A stretch of DNA of 64,000 bases from Octopus sinensis. Lineage: Eukaryota. Positions within the stretch are counted from its first letter, which is position 1, and the number at the start of each line of letters is the position of its first letter. Positions 12,438 to 25,105 of the stretch are shown piece by piece. The stretch lies in assembly GCF_006345805.1 (NCBI RefSeq), contig NC_043015.1, positions 50,530,001-50,594,000 on the forward strand. The letters run 5' to 3'. The position numbers and the translations under genes were made by a program. The notes beneath the pieces are model-generated. The model was not told the DNA's origin. It saw only the letters and a list, made by a program, of their open reading frames with translations, and searched no databases.

Positions 12438-12929
12438 AACTTCAGACAAATATGTTAAAAAGAAACTCTTCAATTGCATCCTTTAAAAAAAAAAAAAATG
12501 CTTTTATTATTGAAATCTGTTGAGTAGTCGAACCTTGACCATTTTTACAGAGAACAGTGCCAGCTAGAATTGCTGACTATGCTAACACAGCATCAGGCAT
12601 TCGCTATTAGTATTACAGATTTCCTGAGAAACCACATGGTTTTAACATTTCTAAAGCCACATCAGAAGAATTTAGCTTTCATCTTGAGAACCAGCAGTGA
12701 GAACCTACTTCATTTTTGAAATACAATTCTCCGTAATTCTTAATGAGTTAGCAGGTCACTGCCAAAGGTCTGTTCGCTAATATAGCTGTGCCAAGATCAG
12801 GGAAATCTTTCCAGGCCATTAATTGGCACCAGACATCCTTGGATTTAGGGAAATGAAATTAAGAAATGGTTCAGCTAAGAATCAAACCGGCATCACATCA
12901 CACATTGAGTTGGTTCTTTGATTCTTTGA

Positions 12930-13072
12930 CAGGTGTCAAGGCATTATTGGACAGTGACCATACTGGGACGCAGGGATGAGCACTTTGTTCAGTCATTCCT
13001 TCCCAGAGTTTTGGCTCAATGGAATTCCCTTCCTGCAGACATCGACCAACAGAAATTCAAAACAAACATTTA
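12930..13072 (+). mobile_element. Decayed 3' end of a LINE ORF2 (CR1/L2/Jockey superclade)
   Basis: Frame reads RHYWTVTILGRRDEHFVQSFLPRVLAQWNSLPADIDQQKFK, carrying the SFxPRxxxxWNxLP motif of LINE C-termini. Followed by a long (ACT)n/(AAT)n tract. Confidence 0.6.
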
Positions 13073-13133
13073 ATTTTACTAGTTTTGCAAAGGTTTCAAA
13101 GCTCGTGGGCACCATCTCCAACTCCTCCTCCTC

Positions 13134-13440
<307 letters not shown>

Positions 13441-13694
13441 TGGTTTTGAATTTTGGCATAAGGCCAGTAAATTCAGGTGAGAGATAAGTAAAAAAGCAGG
13501 AAAAATAATCCAGAATCCTTGTCCAGTACCAGATCGATCCCAAAATCTAATCAGTTTGTGAAAACTATACCTCTGCCTTTGCTAAGATGGAGGTAATGAT
13601 GACGATGATGATGGCTGCGATGGCAGCTGCGACGACGACAAAGACAATGATGAATTTAAAGAAATAAAAGTTAAAAATTTATTCTTTATTTCAG

Positions 13695-13722
13695 ATATTC
13701 AATCCAATAGATTTAAATAATG
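13695..13722 (+). CDS. Candidate 28-nt exon: either IFNPIDLNN (phase 0 to 1) or a 5'-UTR exon ending in the start ATG
   Basis: Strong acceptor ttattctttatttcag and consensus donor ATG|gtaagt, in non-repetitive sequence. Confidence 0.45.
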
Positions 13723-14099
13723 GTAAGTATTTCCTTTTCATTTTTGTCTCTTAATTTTCATCATTATATAATGACAAAAAAACAGTAATTAGATGTAATT
13801 AGTATACATTCATATATCAGTTGTTATGACAAATTCTCAAATAGTTTTGCATTGACCCTCCAAGAAGTAATGTTAACTCAAAGATATATTTTCATTTTGA
13901 AATAAAGCAGCAGAGACAAATAAATAATGAAGTAAAACCAAAGTTAATTAACATCTATCTAATTCATTATTTATTCCTTCATTATAAGCTTCGTTTAAAC
14001 AATTTCTTGTTTGTTATGCTCAACAACACAAAGTTAGCCATTTCTAAATACGTCTGCTGAGAAATTACCAATATGTTAATTATTTATTAACACTGGCGC

Positions 14100-14470
14100 T
14101 GGTTTAGCGTGTGGTAAGAAGATTACTTCTGAACTTCATGATTCCTGGGGGAAAGCAAAGTTGATGCCGATAGAATTTGAACTCGGAATATAAAGCTGTC
14201 TTTCACTATAGCCCCAGGCTGAACAAAGCCTTGTGAGTGGATTTGGTAGACGGAAACTGAAAGAAGCCCATCGCGTAAATATGTGTGTTTGTGTCTGTCC
14301 CCTACCACCATTTGATAACTGGTGTTGGTATATTTACATCTCTGTAACTTATCAGTTCGTTTAAATAGAACATGTATCGAGGTCGATTCCTTTGACCAAA
14401 ATTCCTCAAGGCAGTGCTCCAGCATGGCCACAGTTCAATAACCAAAACAAGTAAAAGATAAAAGATAAAT
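14100..14470 (+). mobile_element. SINE family A, head interrupted by an inverted family C fragment
   Basis: gtgtggtaag...[aaagcaaagttgatgccgatagaatttgaactcgg]...ctatagcc...aaacaagtaaaagataaaagat. Confidence 0.65.
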
Positions 14471-14479
14471 TGAAAGATA

Positions 14480-14636
14480 CAGTTCTATATTGAAGAGATG
14501 AGGAATTATTTACATTTGACAGATATTTGTCCTCATCTTGTTTGTTTCAGCTGATATACCCTCCAGCCTTCATTAGGTGTCTTGGGGAAATTTCGAACCT
14601 GGGTTCTCATTCCTAAGGTATTTTTCAATATTGTTG

Positions 14637-14677
<41 letters not shown>
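14480..14677 (-). mobile_element. Family D copy (3' body with decayed hammerhead, core CUAAUGA)
   Basis: Matches 165-300; hammerhead remnant at 14545-14581. Confidence 0.75.
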
Positions 14678-14678
<1 letters not shown>

Positions 14679-14866
14679 GGTGGCACGTAAAAAACACCCA
14701 CTACACTCGCGGAGTGGTTGGCGTTAGGAAGGGCATCCAGCCGTAGAAACACTGCCAGATCTGACTGGGCCTGACGAAGCCTTCCAGCTTCACAGACCCC
14801 AGTTGACCCGTCCAACCGATGCTAGCATGGAAAGCGGACGCTAAATGATGATGATGATGATGATGA
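14678..14866 (+). mobile_element. Family B copy
   Basis: ggagtggttggcgttaggaagggcatccagcc...gctaaatgatgatg. Confidence 0.85.
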
Positions 14867-14999
14867 TTATTATTGTTGTTGTTATTATTATTATTAATAA
14901 CGAGCGAGGAGTGAAGGGGGGTGTCCATGAAATTCTTTGTCTGTCCACCTTGCATGTAATTTCTTTTGACCAGTTTGCTGTAGGATAGGCTCTTAAGGA

Positions 15000-15352
15000 G
15001 GTACGCATCAAGGCATTCAAACAAGGTGCTCACTTGATTTGGGCTCTCCTCAGTGGTGTGTAGATGCTTAGCAGATCAGCTTCAAGGATACGCTTAAAGA
15101 CTCAGTGAAGAGTTTGGAAATCAACCCCGACATCTGAGAAGCACAAGCATAAGACTGCCCCACCTAATGAAACTGCACCAGCAGAGGTGCCACCTCCTAA
15201 AGAAAATGCAGTCCCAGCAGACCACCAGTGCCTGACCTGCAGCATGGCCTTCTGTGCATGCATCAGACTGATCAGCCAAATCTAGATGCACAGTGTCTCA
15301 TCTTCTCCTACCATGTGACGTCCTTGGGGATCGTTGACAATGGCAGATCAAC
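15000..15352 (+). mobile_element. RTE (BovB-like) LINE 3' remnant
   Basis: From 15078: SFKDTLKDSVKSLEINPDI*EAQA*DCPT*; then CLTCSMAFCACIRLISQI*MH, a decayed terminal C2H2 motif (cf. CPxCxRxFRARIGLISHLRTH). Confidence 0.75.
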
Positions 15353-15960
15353 TAATGCAGGTGTAGAGTGGTATGATATAATGTAGTGTAGTGCAACTGG
15401 AGCAGTGCAGTGTGGTGCAATAAAGTATGGAGCAATGTGGTTTGGTGCATTGCAGAGTGCAGTGCAGTTCTATGGAATGCACCTTGGGGTAGTGCAGTTT
15501 GTTACAGTGCACTTCAGTGTAGAGAAGTGCAGTTTGGTGTGGTGCAGTTTGGTGTGGTACAGTTTGGCACAGTACAGGTTGGTGAAGTGTACTTTGTTGC
15601 AGTGCACTGCAGTGTAGAGCAGTGCAGAGTGGTGGAGTATGGTCCAATACAGTTTGTTACACTGCACTTTGGTGCAGTACAGCTTGGTGCAGTGCCGTAT
15701 GGGGCAGTGCAATGCAGCGTAGAACAGTGCAGAGTGGTGCAGTATGGTCCAATGCAGTTTGTTACACTGCACTTTAATGCAGTGCTGTGGGGGGCAGTGC
15801 AATGCAGTGTAGAGCAGTGCAGTTTGTTGCAGTACAGCTTGGTGCAGTACTGTGTGGAGCAGTGCAATGCAGTGCAGTTTGTTGTAGTACAGCTTGGTGT
15901 TGTTGTAGTACAGCTGTGTAGAGCAGTGCAGTTTGGTGAAGCATTTTGTGGTGTAGTGTT
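15353..15960. repeat. Degenerate pentameric (GCAGT/GTAGT)n satellite with higher-order repeats
   Basis: 5-bp periodicity; the block tatggtccaat(a/g)cagtttgttacactgcacttt recurs about 105 bp apart. Confidence 0.85.
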
Positions 15961-16553
15961 TCATAGCAAATACCATTGTGTGGTGTATGTAAGTATATAT
16001 GTATGTATGTATGTATGCATGTATGTATGGAAATTACATATTAAGTCTTTTACCTAATATGTTACGCGTTAAACTTATCCTCCAGGTCTATCTAATTGTA
16101 CATTTGTTTGTCATGTGTGTGTGTGTGTGTTTAGCAATTATATGTTAACTTCACTACAACTCACACATGGACAGAAACAGACATATTCACGCATTTCAAA
16201 ACAAAGTAACAAATGAATAAAACAAAACAAAACAAAACTAACATCTGCATCATAACATTTCTACAGAAAGATATATCCCCCCCCACACACACACACATAA
16301 ACACACAGACACATATATATATATACACACACATGCACACATAAGTAATACATACATACATAGATGCATACATACACATATATATATACACACAATTGCA
16401 CATTTATACACACACATATATGCACATAAATTTATAAATATATAAACACATACACAAACATATATATATATATATTATACATATATATATATAATACATA
16501 TATATATACATATACCTATATACATATACATATATACATATATATATAATATA

Positions 16554-16584
<31 letters not shown>

Positions 16585-16638
16585 CATATATATACATATA
16601 CCTATATACATATACATATATACATATATATACATATA

Positions 16639-16720
<82 letters not shown>

Positions 16721-17157
16721 TACACATGCACAATATGTTAGAGAGAGATAGAGAGAGAAGTGGAGATAGAAAGTTTAACAAAATATAAGAATAAAGCAGA
16801 GCTTTACTATTTCATGTCTCTCTTTGCATGTTTAAAAAAAAAGAGAAAAAGTCCTTTTCAAAACGTTTTTACAATCAAATGTTCTTGTTGAAGCCCAAAG
16901 GCTCCAGTAAAACTGTTTCATTCTGTGCATTTTTGAAATTGTTAGCTTTTCCAAATCTGTTTATATAATGTCATTTTGTTATAACACGATGTTTCTTAGA
17001 TGCCTCATAATTTACAAGTATACACACACACACACATATGCACACATATTGGAGACGAGGAGAAGGGCGCTAAGCCCACAACATTAGAAGCCCCTAAGAT
17101 GAAATTTGTGAGGTTGAACGAGACCAATTTCGTTAGTAGCAACCCTGAACATAAGTC

Positions 17158-17450
17158 ATCATCATCATCATCATCATCGTTTAGCGTCCGCTTTCCATGC
17201 TAACATGGGTTGGACGGTTCAACTGGGGTTTGGGAAGCCAGAAGGCTGTACCAGGCCCTTTCTGATTTGGCAATGTTTCTACGGCTGGATGCCCTTCCTA
17301 ACACCAACCACTCCGAGAGTGTAGTGGGTGCTTTTTACATGCCACCGGCACAGGTGCCAGACGAGGCTGGCAAACAGCCACGATCGGATGGTGCTTTTTA
17401 CGTGCCACCTGCATGGAGGCCAGGCGAGGCTGGCAACAGCTATGGATGGT
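17158..17450 (-). mobile_element. Family B copy
   Basis: (CAT)n-gtttagcgtccgctttccatgc...ctggatgcccttccta. Confidence 0.85.
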
Positions 17451-17835
17451 GCTCTTTAGGGTTAGTGGAGGATTGAAATTTGTTTAGGGAGTGCAACTAC
17501 AGGTAAATAAATTTTAACAGATAAGGTCGATTTTTTTCAGACTTAATATCATAACACAAATATAATAATGGTTTCAAATTTTGGTACCAGGCCAGCAAGT
17601 CTGGAGGAGGTGGGGAATCAATTACATCAACCCCAGTACTTTACCGGTACTTATTTTATCAACCGTGAAAGGATGTAAAGCAAAGTTGACCTTGGCAGAA
17701 TTTGAACTCAGAACATAAAAACGAACAAAATGCTGCTAAGCATGTTATTTAGCTTGCCAACAGGTCTCTCAGATAGTTGCCTTAAATGATGATGATGTTG
17801 ATAATAATAATAATAATGATAATAATAATAATAAT

Positions 17836-18410
17836 AAATGCTTTCTAATCAATGTATCAATACCAGCAGATGACAACGTGTCTCTACAGTATAGGCACAC
17901 ACCAGAAAAGGTCACAGAAAACGAGAAAGCAACCATACTCTGGGATATGCCAATACACAAAGATAGAGAAATTAAGGGCAACAGACCAGATATAGTTGTC
18001 AGAGATCATGAAGAAAAAAAATGCTTTCTAATTGATGTATCAATACCAGCAGATGACAACGTTTCACTAAATGAAACGGAGAAACTTTCAAAATACAAAG
18101 ACCTGGAAATAGAGGTAACTCAAATGTGGAATCTAAAAAGAGAAACAATTCCTATCATAGTAGGCGCATAAGGTATGATAAAAAAATATTCAGACAAATA
18201 CATAACAAAAACACCAGGACTTACAAATTTATATAACATACAGAAAATTGCACTACTGGGCACTGCACACATCCTATGCAAAACACTTTCAATTCAGTAA
18301 CCATCAGGGCATCACAAGAAATCACAGCACATACCCAAGACACACAGAGCTGCACTTGGAAGTGCAGTGAAAGTATGCTATAAAAATAAGACTACTGAAA
18401 AATAATAATA
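17836..18410 (+). mobile_element. 5'-truncated R4/Dong-clade non-LTR retrotransposon (RLE endonuclease domain plus 3' UTR) in a (TAA)n tract
   Basis: ILWDMPIHKDREIKGNRPDIVV...FLIDVSIP...EKLSKYKDLEIE...WNLK...IPIIVGA*G...IQKIALLGTAHIL, the PD-(D/E)xK RLE signature. (TAA)n on both sides. Confidence 0.9.
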
Positions 18411-18494
18411 AGGAGGAGGAGGAGGAGATGAAGGAGATGAAGGAGGAGGAGGAGGAGGAGATGAAGGAGAAGAAGAAGAAGAAGAAGAAGAATC

Positions 18495-18712
18495 TTTTCT
18501 ACTATGGGCACAAGGCCTGAAATTTTTGTGAGGAGGAGACTAGTCGATTACATCGACCCCCCCAGTATTTCACTGGTACTTAATTTATCGACCTCAAAAG
18601 GATGAAATGCAAAGCCGACCTTGACGGAATTTGAACTCAGGATGTAAGCGGCAGATGAAATACGGCTAAGCATTTCACCCAGTGTGCTAATGATTCTCCC
18701 AGTTGCCACCTT
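18495..18712 (-). mobile_element. SINE family C
   Basis: gtcgattacatcgacccc...ggaatttgaactcagg...gctaagcatttcaccc. Confidence 0.85.
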
Positions 18713-18743
18713 AATAATAATGATAACGATAATAATGATGATG

Positions 18744-18844
<101 letters not shown>

Positions 18845-18847
18845 TCC

Positions 18848-18886
<39 letters not shown>

Positions 18887-19689
18887 GATTATTATTATTA
18901 TTATTATTATCATCATTATTATTATTTTATTACATTTGTGCATCAATCAAATCAGATAAATCTAATAATGGAAAAATAATATTTGAAATCGTTCCAAAAA
19001 TGTTTCTGAACTTCTTTGTTTTGGTAATGAAATTTTTCAGGAGGATGTTCAAAGTTTTTTTTTTATTGACTCCCAAAATGTTAGCAGATGCGTTTGCACT
19101 CGTGCACCCCTGCTTCAAAGCCTACGACCCTGTGCAGTTTACAAGCACACACCTTCATCATTGACACATACATACACCGCATGCATACACTATACATCCA
19201 TAAACATATACACTCCTGCATTCCTCCAACTTTGCACTCACGGTTCCTTGATAAAAGACTATTCTACCAGCAATATTTCCTGCAATATGCACTTGCATGC
19301 ATGCACATGTTTTACAGCTAACTCACTAAGAGAAGAAAAAAAATGTGCACAACAAAGTTTCCAAGATAAAACTGAATTTTTTTTTAAACTGACAAAAATA
19401 TTTATACAATTTTATAATAAAATCTTAAATAATATATACTCAAAAATGGTCTATATTTACTTAGGCGATAGCTGTGGTGTTTGAGCATTGGTTACTAGCA
19501 TGCACTAGTGTAGCTAGAGTGTGTGCCACCTGGGGCGGCCCTTTTGTTTGCTGACCCTTGACCCCACATAAGACATATTACCTACAGCAGACCCAAAAGT
19601 GCCACACCTTTAAAAGTGCTAACCAGGTAGGCCCTTCTATTTGACGATCCTGGACCCCACAAAAAACACATATTTCCTACAGTCTTTAT

Positions 19690-19765
19690 TATTCAGGTCA
19701 CTGCCTGGAATCGAACGGGGAATCTTTGGGTTAGTAACCCGAGCTTTTAACCACTACACCACTAC
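19690..19765 (-). mobile_element. tRNA-like head fragment of family D
   Basis: ttattcaggtcactgcctggaatcgaac...ttaaccactacaccac. Confidence 0.6.
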
Positions 19766-20319
19766 ACCAGATGAGATCGGATGGTGCTTTTTACAAGCCA
19801 CCGGCACAGAAGCCAGTCAAAGCGGCACTGGCATCGGCCACATTCAGATGGTGCTTTTTACATGCTACTGGCACAGGGGTCACAACTACAATTTCCATTT
19901 GATTGGATTTTGATATTGCTTACATTGAACAGAACAACCTATATTTAGCCCATATGTTCTGCCAGCTTTATATTCAAAATGACCAGATCAGGCCTCTCTG
20001 CAATATCCTACAATGTCATTCTAAAAATAAACAATCGCTTCTTTGAGTTCTCAATGCTACAAGATAATTCATGATTAATTTTAAACAATCTGAATAAATA
20101 CACATTGCCTCACCGAGGCAATGACTAATGACCGGGACCTTTGGAAATATGCTGTGCTTGAGAAGACTTGGCAAGCTCAAGTGAGACCATAACCTTGTGG
20201 CCTGTGCCAGGGGTGTAACCAACCCACTTATGCGTACCTTTCCTTCACTGGACACTAAACTCTACTTGTGAAGACCTGTTGAGGCAAGTGAAATCGAAAT
20301 CGAAATCAAATTCAATAAC

Positions 20320-20775
20320 TGGCATCTGTTGCTAGTGGAGCGCTAAGAGTACCATACAAGTGTGATTGTTGCCAGAGCAACAAGCTGGCCTCCGTGCCGG
20401 TGGCACATAAAAAGCACCATTTGAGTGTAATTGTTACCTGCGTTGCCTTACTGGCAATTGTGCTGGTGGCACGTGAAAAAACATTCGAGCAAGGTCGTTG
20501 CCAGTGCCGCTGTGCAGGTGGCACATAAAAAGCACCATTTGAGTGTGGCCATTACCAGTACCGCCTGACTGGCCCTCATGCCAGTGGCACATAAAAGCAC
20601 CCGTTACACTCTCGGAGTGGTTGGCATTAGGAAGGGCATCCAGCTGTAGAAACACTGCCAGATCAGATTTGAACCAGGTGCAGCCATCTGGTTTGCCAGA
20701 CCTCAGTCAAATCGTCTAACCCATGCTAGCATGGAAAGCGGACGTTAAACGATGATGATGAGGATGATGATGATG
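20320..20775 (+). mobile_element. Family B copy with an expanded internal module array
   Basis: Several gtgcc..tggcac(a/g)taaaaagcacc modules, then the core and an (ATG)n tail. A similar copy lies at 27455-27825. Confidence 0.85.
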
Positions 20776-22731
20776 AGGCATGATGCATATGATAAGATAA
20801 CCTGAGTGGTAAAGGGTTAAGATCCAATGAGGTACGAAGCTATTAGGCCGTTTCTCAGAATATCTTCCTCTTGCCATCCTGTCCCACAGACACGCCAAAC
20901 TACTTCTTGTGTTATTTTTACATTGTCATCTTACACTAACCAATGGTGTCAGCTGTCAAAGCTTGCAATGTCTTCAATTCTGACATTTACAATCTCCTAC
21001 ACTTTTAGCAATCACCATCAGTAGATTGTCTTGTTGATCAGTACTAACATCTGTTGTCATCTGAAGGGGGGGGGTTATGTTGGTTTTTAATTTCTTTCTG
21101 GATCTTTCTCTCATTCTTCGTCATCAACCCCCCCCATTCCACTTCCGTTTTCACAACCTGATTTTTTTATTTCAATCTCTCTCTCTCACACACACACACA
21201 CATGTCCAACTCATTCACAATTTTTTTTGTTTGTTCGGTTTCTTTTTTTTTTACCTTGTTATTTTACAATTATCGCCAATTGACTTTAAATAGCTGATTG
21301 AAGTTTTAGCCCAAATAACAAATGAACAATCAAATGTGTGTGTGTGTATTTGTTTGAGTGTGTGTTTGCTTGTGTGTGTGCATGTGTGTGTGTGTGTGTG
21401 TGCATATATTTGAGTGTGTGTGTGCATATATTTGAGTGTGTTGGCATGCATACGTTATCAATGCACCTGAGAATGAAAGGCTTCCATTATGTCTTTCGGG
21501 TTCTATCTCTCATTTTTTTCTCTTAGATCTGAACTAGCATGTTGAATGTATACAATGAGAAGTGTGTATGTGTGTGTGTGTGTGTGTGTGTGTAGTTAAA
21601 AGGAAAAATGAGAAGCAAATGCCAGGGAATTTTATCAAGAAGCTGTACTACATAGGGAACCAATAATCATGGTCGAGAAGCGATGAGGCACAAACCTTTT
21701 GGCATGGAACCAGGAAGGAAGCAAAAGAAATTTGGAAGGATTCAACAATACCAAAGCATCCTTTGCTTTACTGTTAGTCATTTTGCAGGTCTTAGACTGG
21801 AACTGTTCCAACTGATGATGGTGCTGGAGGTGGGGAAGAGTATTTTTACCGAATTCTATAAGCAAAGTTCTACATCTCCACTGGTGCAGTGTAGCTTCTG
21901 TTTGAGAAAAATATATTTTAGGGTTTGAAGGTTGTATGGGTTTTGATTCTGTGCAGAATAGTGAGATCTGAAAACACACATCTAGAAAGGGGTCTTTGTT
22001 CTTTAATGTTATTTATCCCTCTAATTTGTCTGAAATTGTTCTATGTCAGCTAATCTCTTCAATTAAGGTGCTTCATCTCTGACCTGAGTGTCTCAAAGGG
22101 TCAGAGGGTATGGTACCACAAGAAGATGCGATGTGTGCTGCTTTTATTAGGGAGCAATAGCTTGTATACATTGATTTGTATTGATTGATTCATGAGCCAT
22201 CAATACAATAGGGAGAGGGAAGCGATATTAACGGTTGGATAAGGAATAAGGTTTAGGTTTGGAAGTGAAAATGAGGTGGCAGAGAATTTGGTGAAGGGGA
22301 ATGTCTACAGGTCAGTAGTGCATTTATTTATTTAATTACTTTAATGCTTTCATTACCATATTTTTGTGGCGTTAAGAAGGGCCTCCAGCTGTATAAAGCA
22401 ATGCCAAATCAGTTTAGAGTCTGGTGCAGCCCCTCAGCTTATCAGCCCTGGTCAAACCGTCCAATGGACAATGGATGCTAAATGATGATGGTGATGTTGA
22501 TAAATGACTCGTTAAGCCAAGTGAAATCATAGATGTGTTTGTTGCCAGTGTCATGCAAATGGCACCTGTGCCAGTGGAACGTAAAAGGCACCCATTATAC
22601 TTTTGGAATGGTTGGTGTTAGGAAAGGCTTCCAGCCATACAAACCATGCCAAATCAGACTGGAACCTGGTGCAGCTCTCTGGCTTACCAATTCCAGTCAA
22701 GCCATTTGACTCATGCCAGCATGGAAAGCAG

Positions 22732-23128
22732 ACTCTTTTACTTGTTTCAGTCATTTGACTGCGGCCATGCTGGAGCACTGCCTTTAGTCGAGCAAATCAA
22801 CCCCAGGACTTATTCTTTGTAAGCCTAGTACTTATTCTATTGATCTCTTTATTTTCTGCCAAACCGCTAAGTTACGGGTACGTAAACACACCAGCATCGT
22901 TTGTCAAGTGATGTTGGGGGGTGGGGTGGACAAACACAGACACACAAACATACACACACACACATACATATATGCGACGGGCTTCTTTCAGTTTCCGTCT
23001 ACCAAATCCACTCACAAGGCTTTGGTAAGCCCGAGGCTATAGTAGAAGACACTTGCCCAAGGTGCTACACAGTGGGACTGAACCCGGAATCATGTGGTTG
23101 GGAAGCAAGCTACTTACCACACAGCCAC
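22732..23128 (-). mobile_element. Full-length SINE family A
   Basis: actcttttacttgtttcagtcatttgactgcggcc...tacttaccacacagccac. Confidence 0.9.
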
Positions 23129-23509
23129 GATGATGATGATGAGGAGGAGGATGATGATGATTATGATGATGATGATGATGATGATGATGATACTGCTTTT
23201 GAAGAATTTAGTAAAAAAAATAGTATGAAACTTCGATGGAAGGCTTTGATTTTGATCACTTTAACCCTTTTTTTATCATATTTCTGATATTTCTGTTGAA
23301 ATGCACTAATTTTGTTTCAATTCATTTCATAACTAATGCAGGATTGCTTAAAATAACTTGGTCATTATTTATTCGGTGTGGGGAAACAAATTAACGAGGA
23401 ATCTGATGCAAGATTTCAATTTAGATAATTTAATTTAGGTCATGGAACCAGGCATGGTCAGTCTCAGGCTGATTGGTATCAAGAGAATTAAGCATCTCTG
23501 TAAAGCTTA

Positions 23510-23885
23510 GAAGCCATGATAAACTGGAGAAAGGGGATGAAAAGGGTAATGACCCCCATCGGTCATGAATGACCAAAGGATTATACCTAGAAAGTTATCC
23601 TCAGAGGCACAAGTCCAGGCAAGGTCGTGTATGGAAGACCAGCAGTCACCCATGGATACAAGCCACCACCTCCTCTCTACACCACTGATGTTATCCATGG
23701 GAAAGTCAAAGGCCGATACAGCATGGCACCAACAACGTCGCAGTTCATTTCTACAGCTGAGTGAACTGGAGCATCATGAATAATGAAGAGTCTTGCTCAA
23801 GAACACAAAATACAGCCTGATCTGGGAATCAAACTCACTATCTCATGATTGTGAGCCTGACACTTTAACCACTGAGCCATGTGCC
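23510..23885 (-). mobile_element. CORE-like tRNA SINE (family E)
   Basis: gtcttgctcaagaacac...gggaatcaaactcac...ctttaaccactgagccat; sister copy at 31455-31757. Confidence 0.7.
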
Positions 23886-23951
23886 ATCATAAGGTATATA
23901 ATAACACTTACACACATAAAAAAAGGAAGGAAGGCATTGAGAAGTGGAAAT

Positions 23952-24360
23952 ATAAGAAGTGGTTGTGTGGTAAGTAGCTTGCTTACCAACCGCATAGTTC
24001 TGGTTTCAGTCCCACTGTGTGGCACCTTGGGCAAGTATCTCCTACTATATCCTCGGGTGGATTAAAGCCTTGTGAGTAGATTTGGTAGATGGAAACTGAA
24101 AGAAGCCCAACGTATGTATGTGTGTGTGTGCATGTGTGTGTGCATGTATGTGTGCATGCATGCATGCATGCATGCATGCATGTATGTTTGTGTGTGTCTG
24201 TGTTTGTACCCCCAACATTACTTGACAACCAATGCCGGTGTGTTTACTTAGTGGTTCAGCAAAAGAGACCCATAGAATAAGTACTAGGCTTACAAAGAAT
24301 AAGTCCTGGGGTCGATTTGTTCAACTAAAGCCGGTTCTCCAGCACGGCCACAGTCAAATT
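23952..24360 (+). mobile_element. Full-length SINE family A
   Basis: Head gtggttgtgtggtaagtagc; CORE-like ggcaccttgggcaagt. Confidence 0.9.
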
Positions 24361-24624
24361 AAGAGAAATTCTTTTTATTTTATTTGTTTCGGTCATTCAG
24401 AATGAAACAAATAAAATTTCTCTTAAATTTCGTTTTGGATTTGGTTTGTAAGATTCTTTATGTGAGTTTGTGTGTTGAAGCGTATTCTGTTGTGTCTGGG
24501 GAGAGTCATTCTCTTTTGGTGAATGTGTTAAATTATAAGGCACCAAAAGAGAATTACTCTTCCCAGACACTACAGAATATTCTCTTAAATAGTTTTATGG
24601 CTTTCTTGAATTGAAAGATCTTAC

Positions 24625-24853
24625 TTAACCCTTTCATTACTGTATTTATTTTGAGATACTTTGTGTTTCTTTCAATTACTTTGAATATAACAAAGAATTT
24701 AGTAAAACAACTTAGTTATCATTCAGCTAGTGTTAGGAATATAAATTGTGACTAATGTTTGGTGGAAGATTTTAATTCAAAACTTATGAAAACAAGACAT
24801 TTGTACTACAGAGCCAGAGCTGGTTTCAGCCAGGTTGGTACCGAAAGGGTTAA
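24625..24853. mobile_element. piggyBac-type MITE
   Basis: TTAA-CCCTTT...AAAGGG-TTAA termini. Confidence 0.7.
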
Positions 24854-24876
24854 GAATCGTTTCTCTATTATATATT

Positions 24877-25105
24877 TTAAGCCTTTTGTCACCATATTTC
24901 TGTTGAGATGCTCTGTGTTTCTTTCAATTAATTTTAAATATAACAAAGAATTTAGTAAAATAACTTAGTTATCATTAAGCTAGAGTTAGCAACATAAATT
25001 GTGACTAAGGTTTGGTGGAAGATTTTAATTCAAAACTAATGGAAACAAGACATTTATACTCAGAGCCAGAGTTGGTTTCAACTGGGTTGGTAACAAAAGG
25101 GTTAA
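24877..25105. mobile_element. Second tandem piggyBac-type MITE copy
   Basis: TTAA-gccttttg...aaaaggg-TTAA; internal sequence aligns with 24625-24853. Confidence 0.7.

Noticed and set aside
21600-22330. Possible RT fossil on the minus strand (PFLDV-like, PNKS-like words)
   Set aside because: The motifs are too short and not in a consistent frame or order to support a call by eye.
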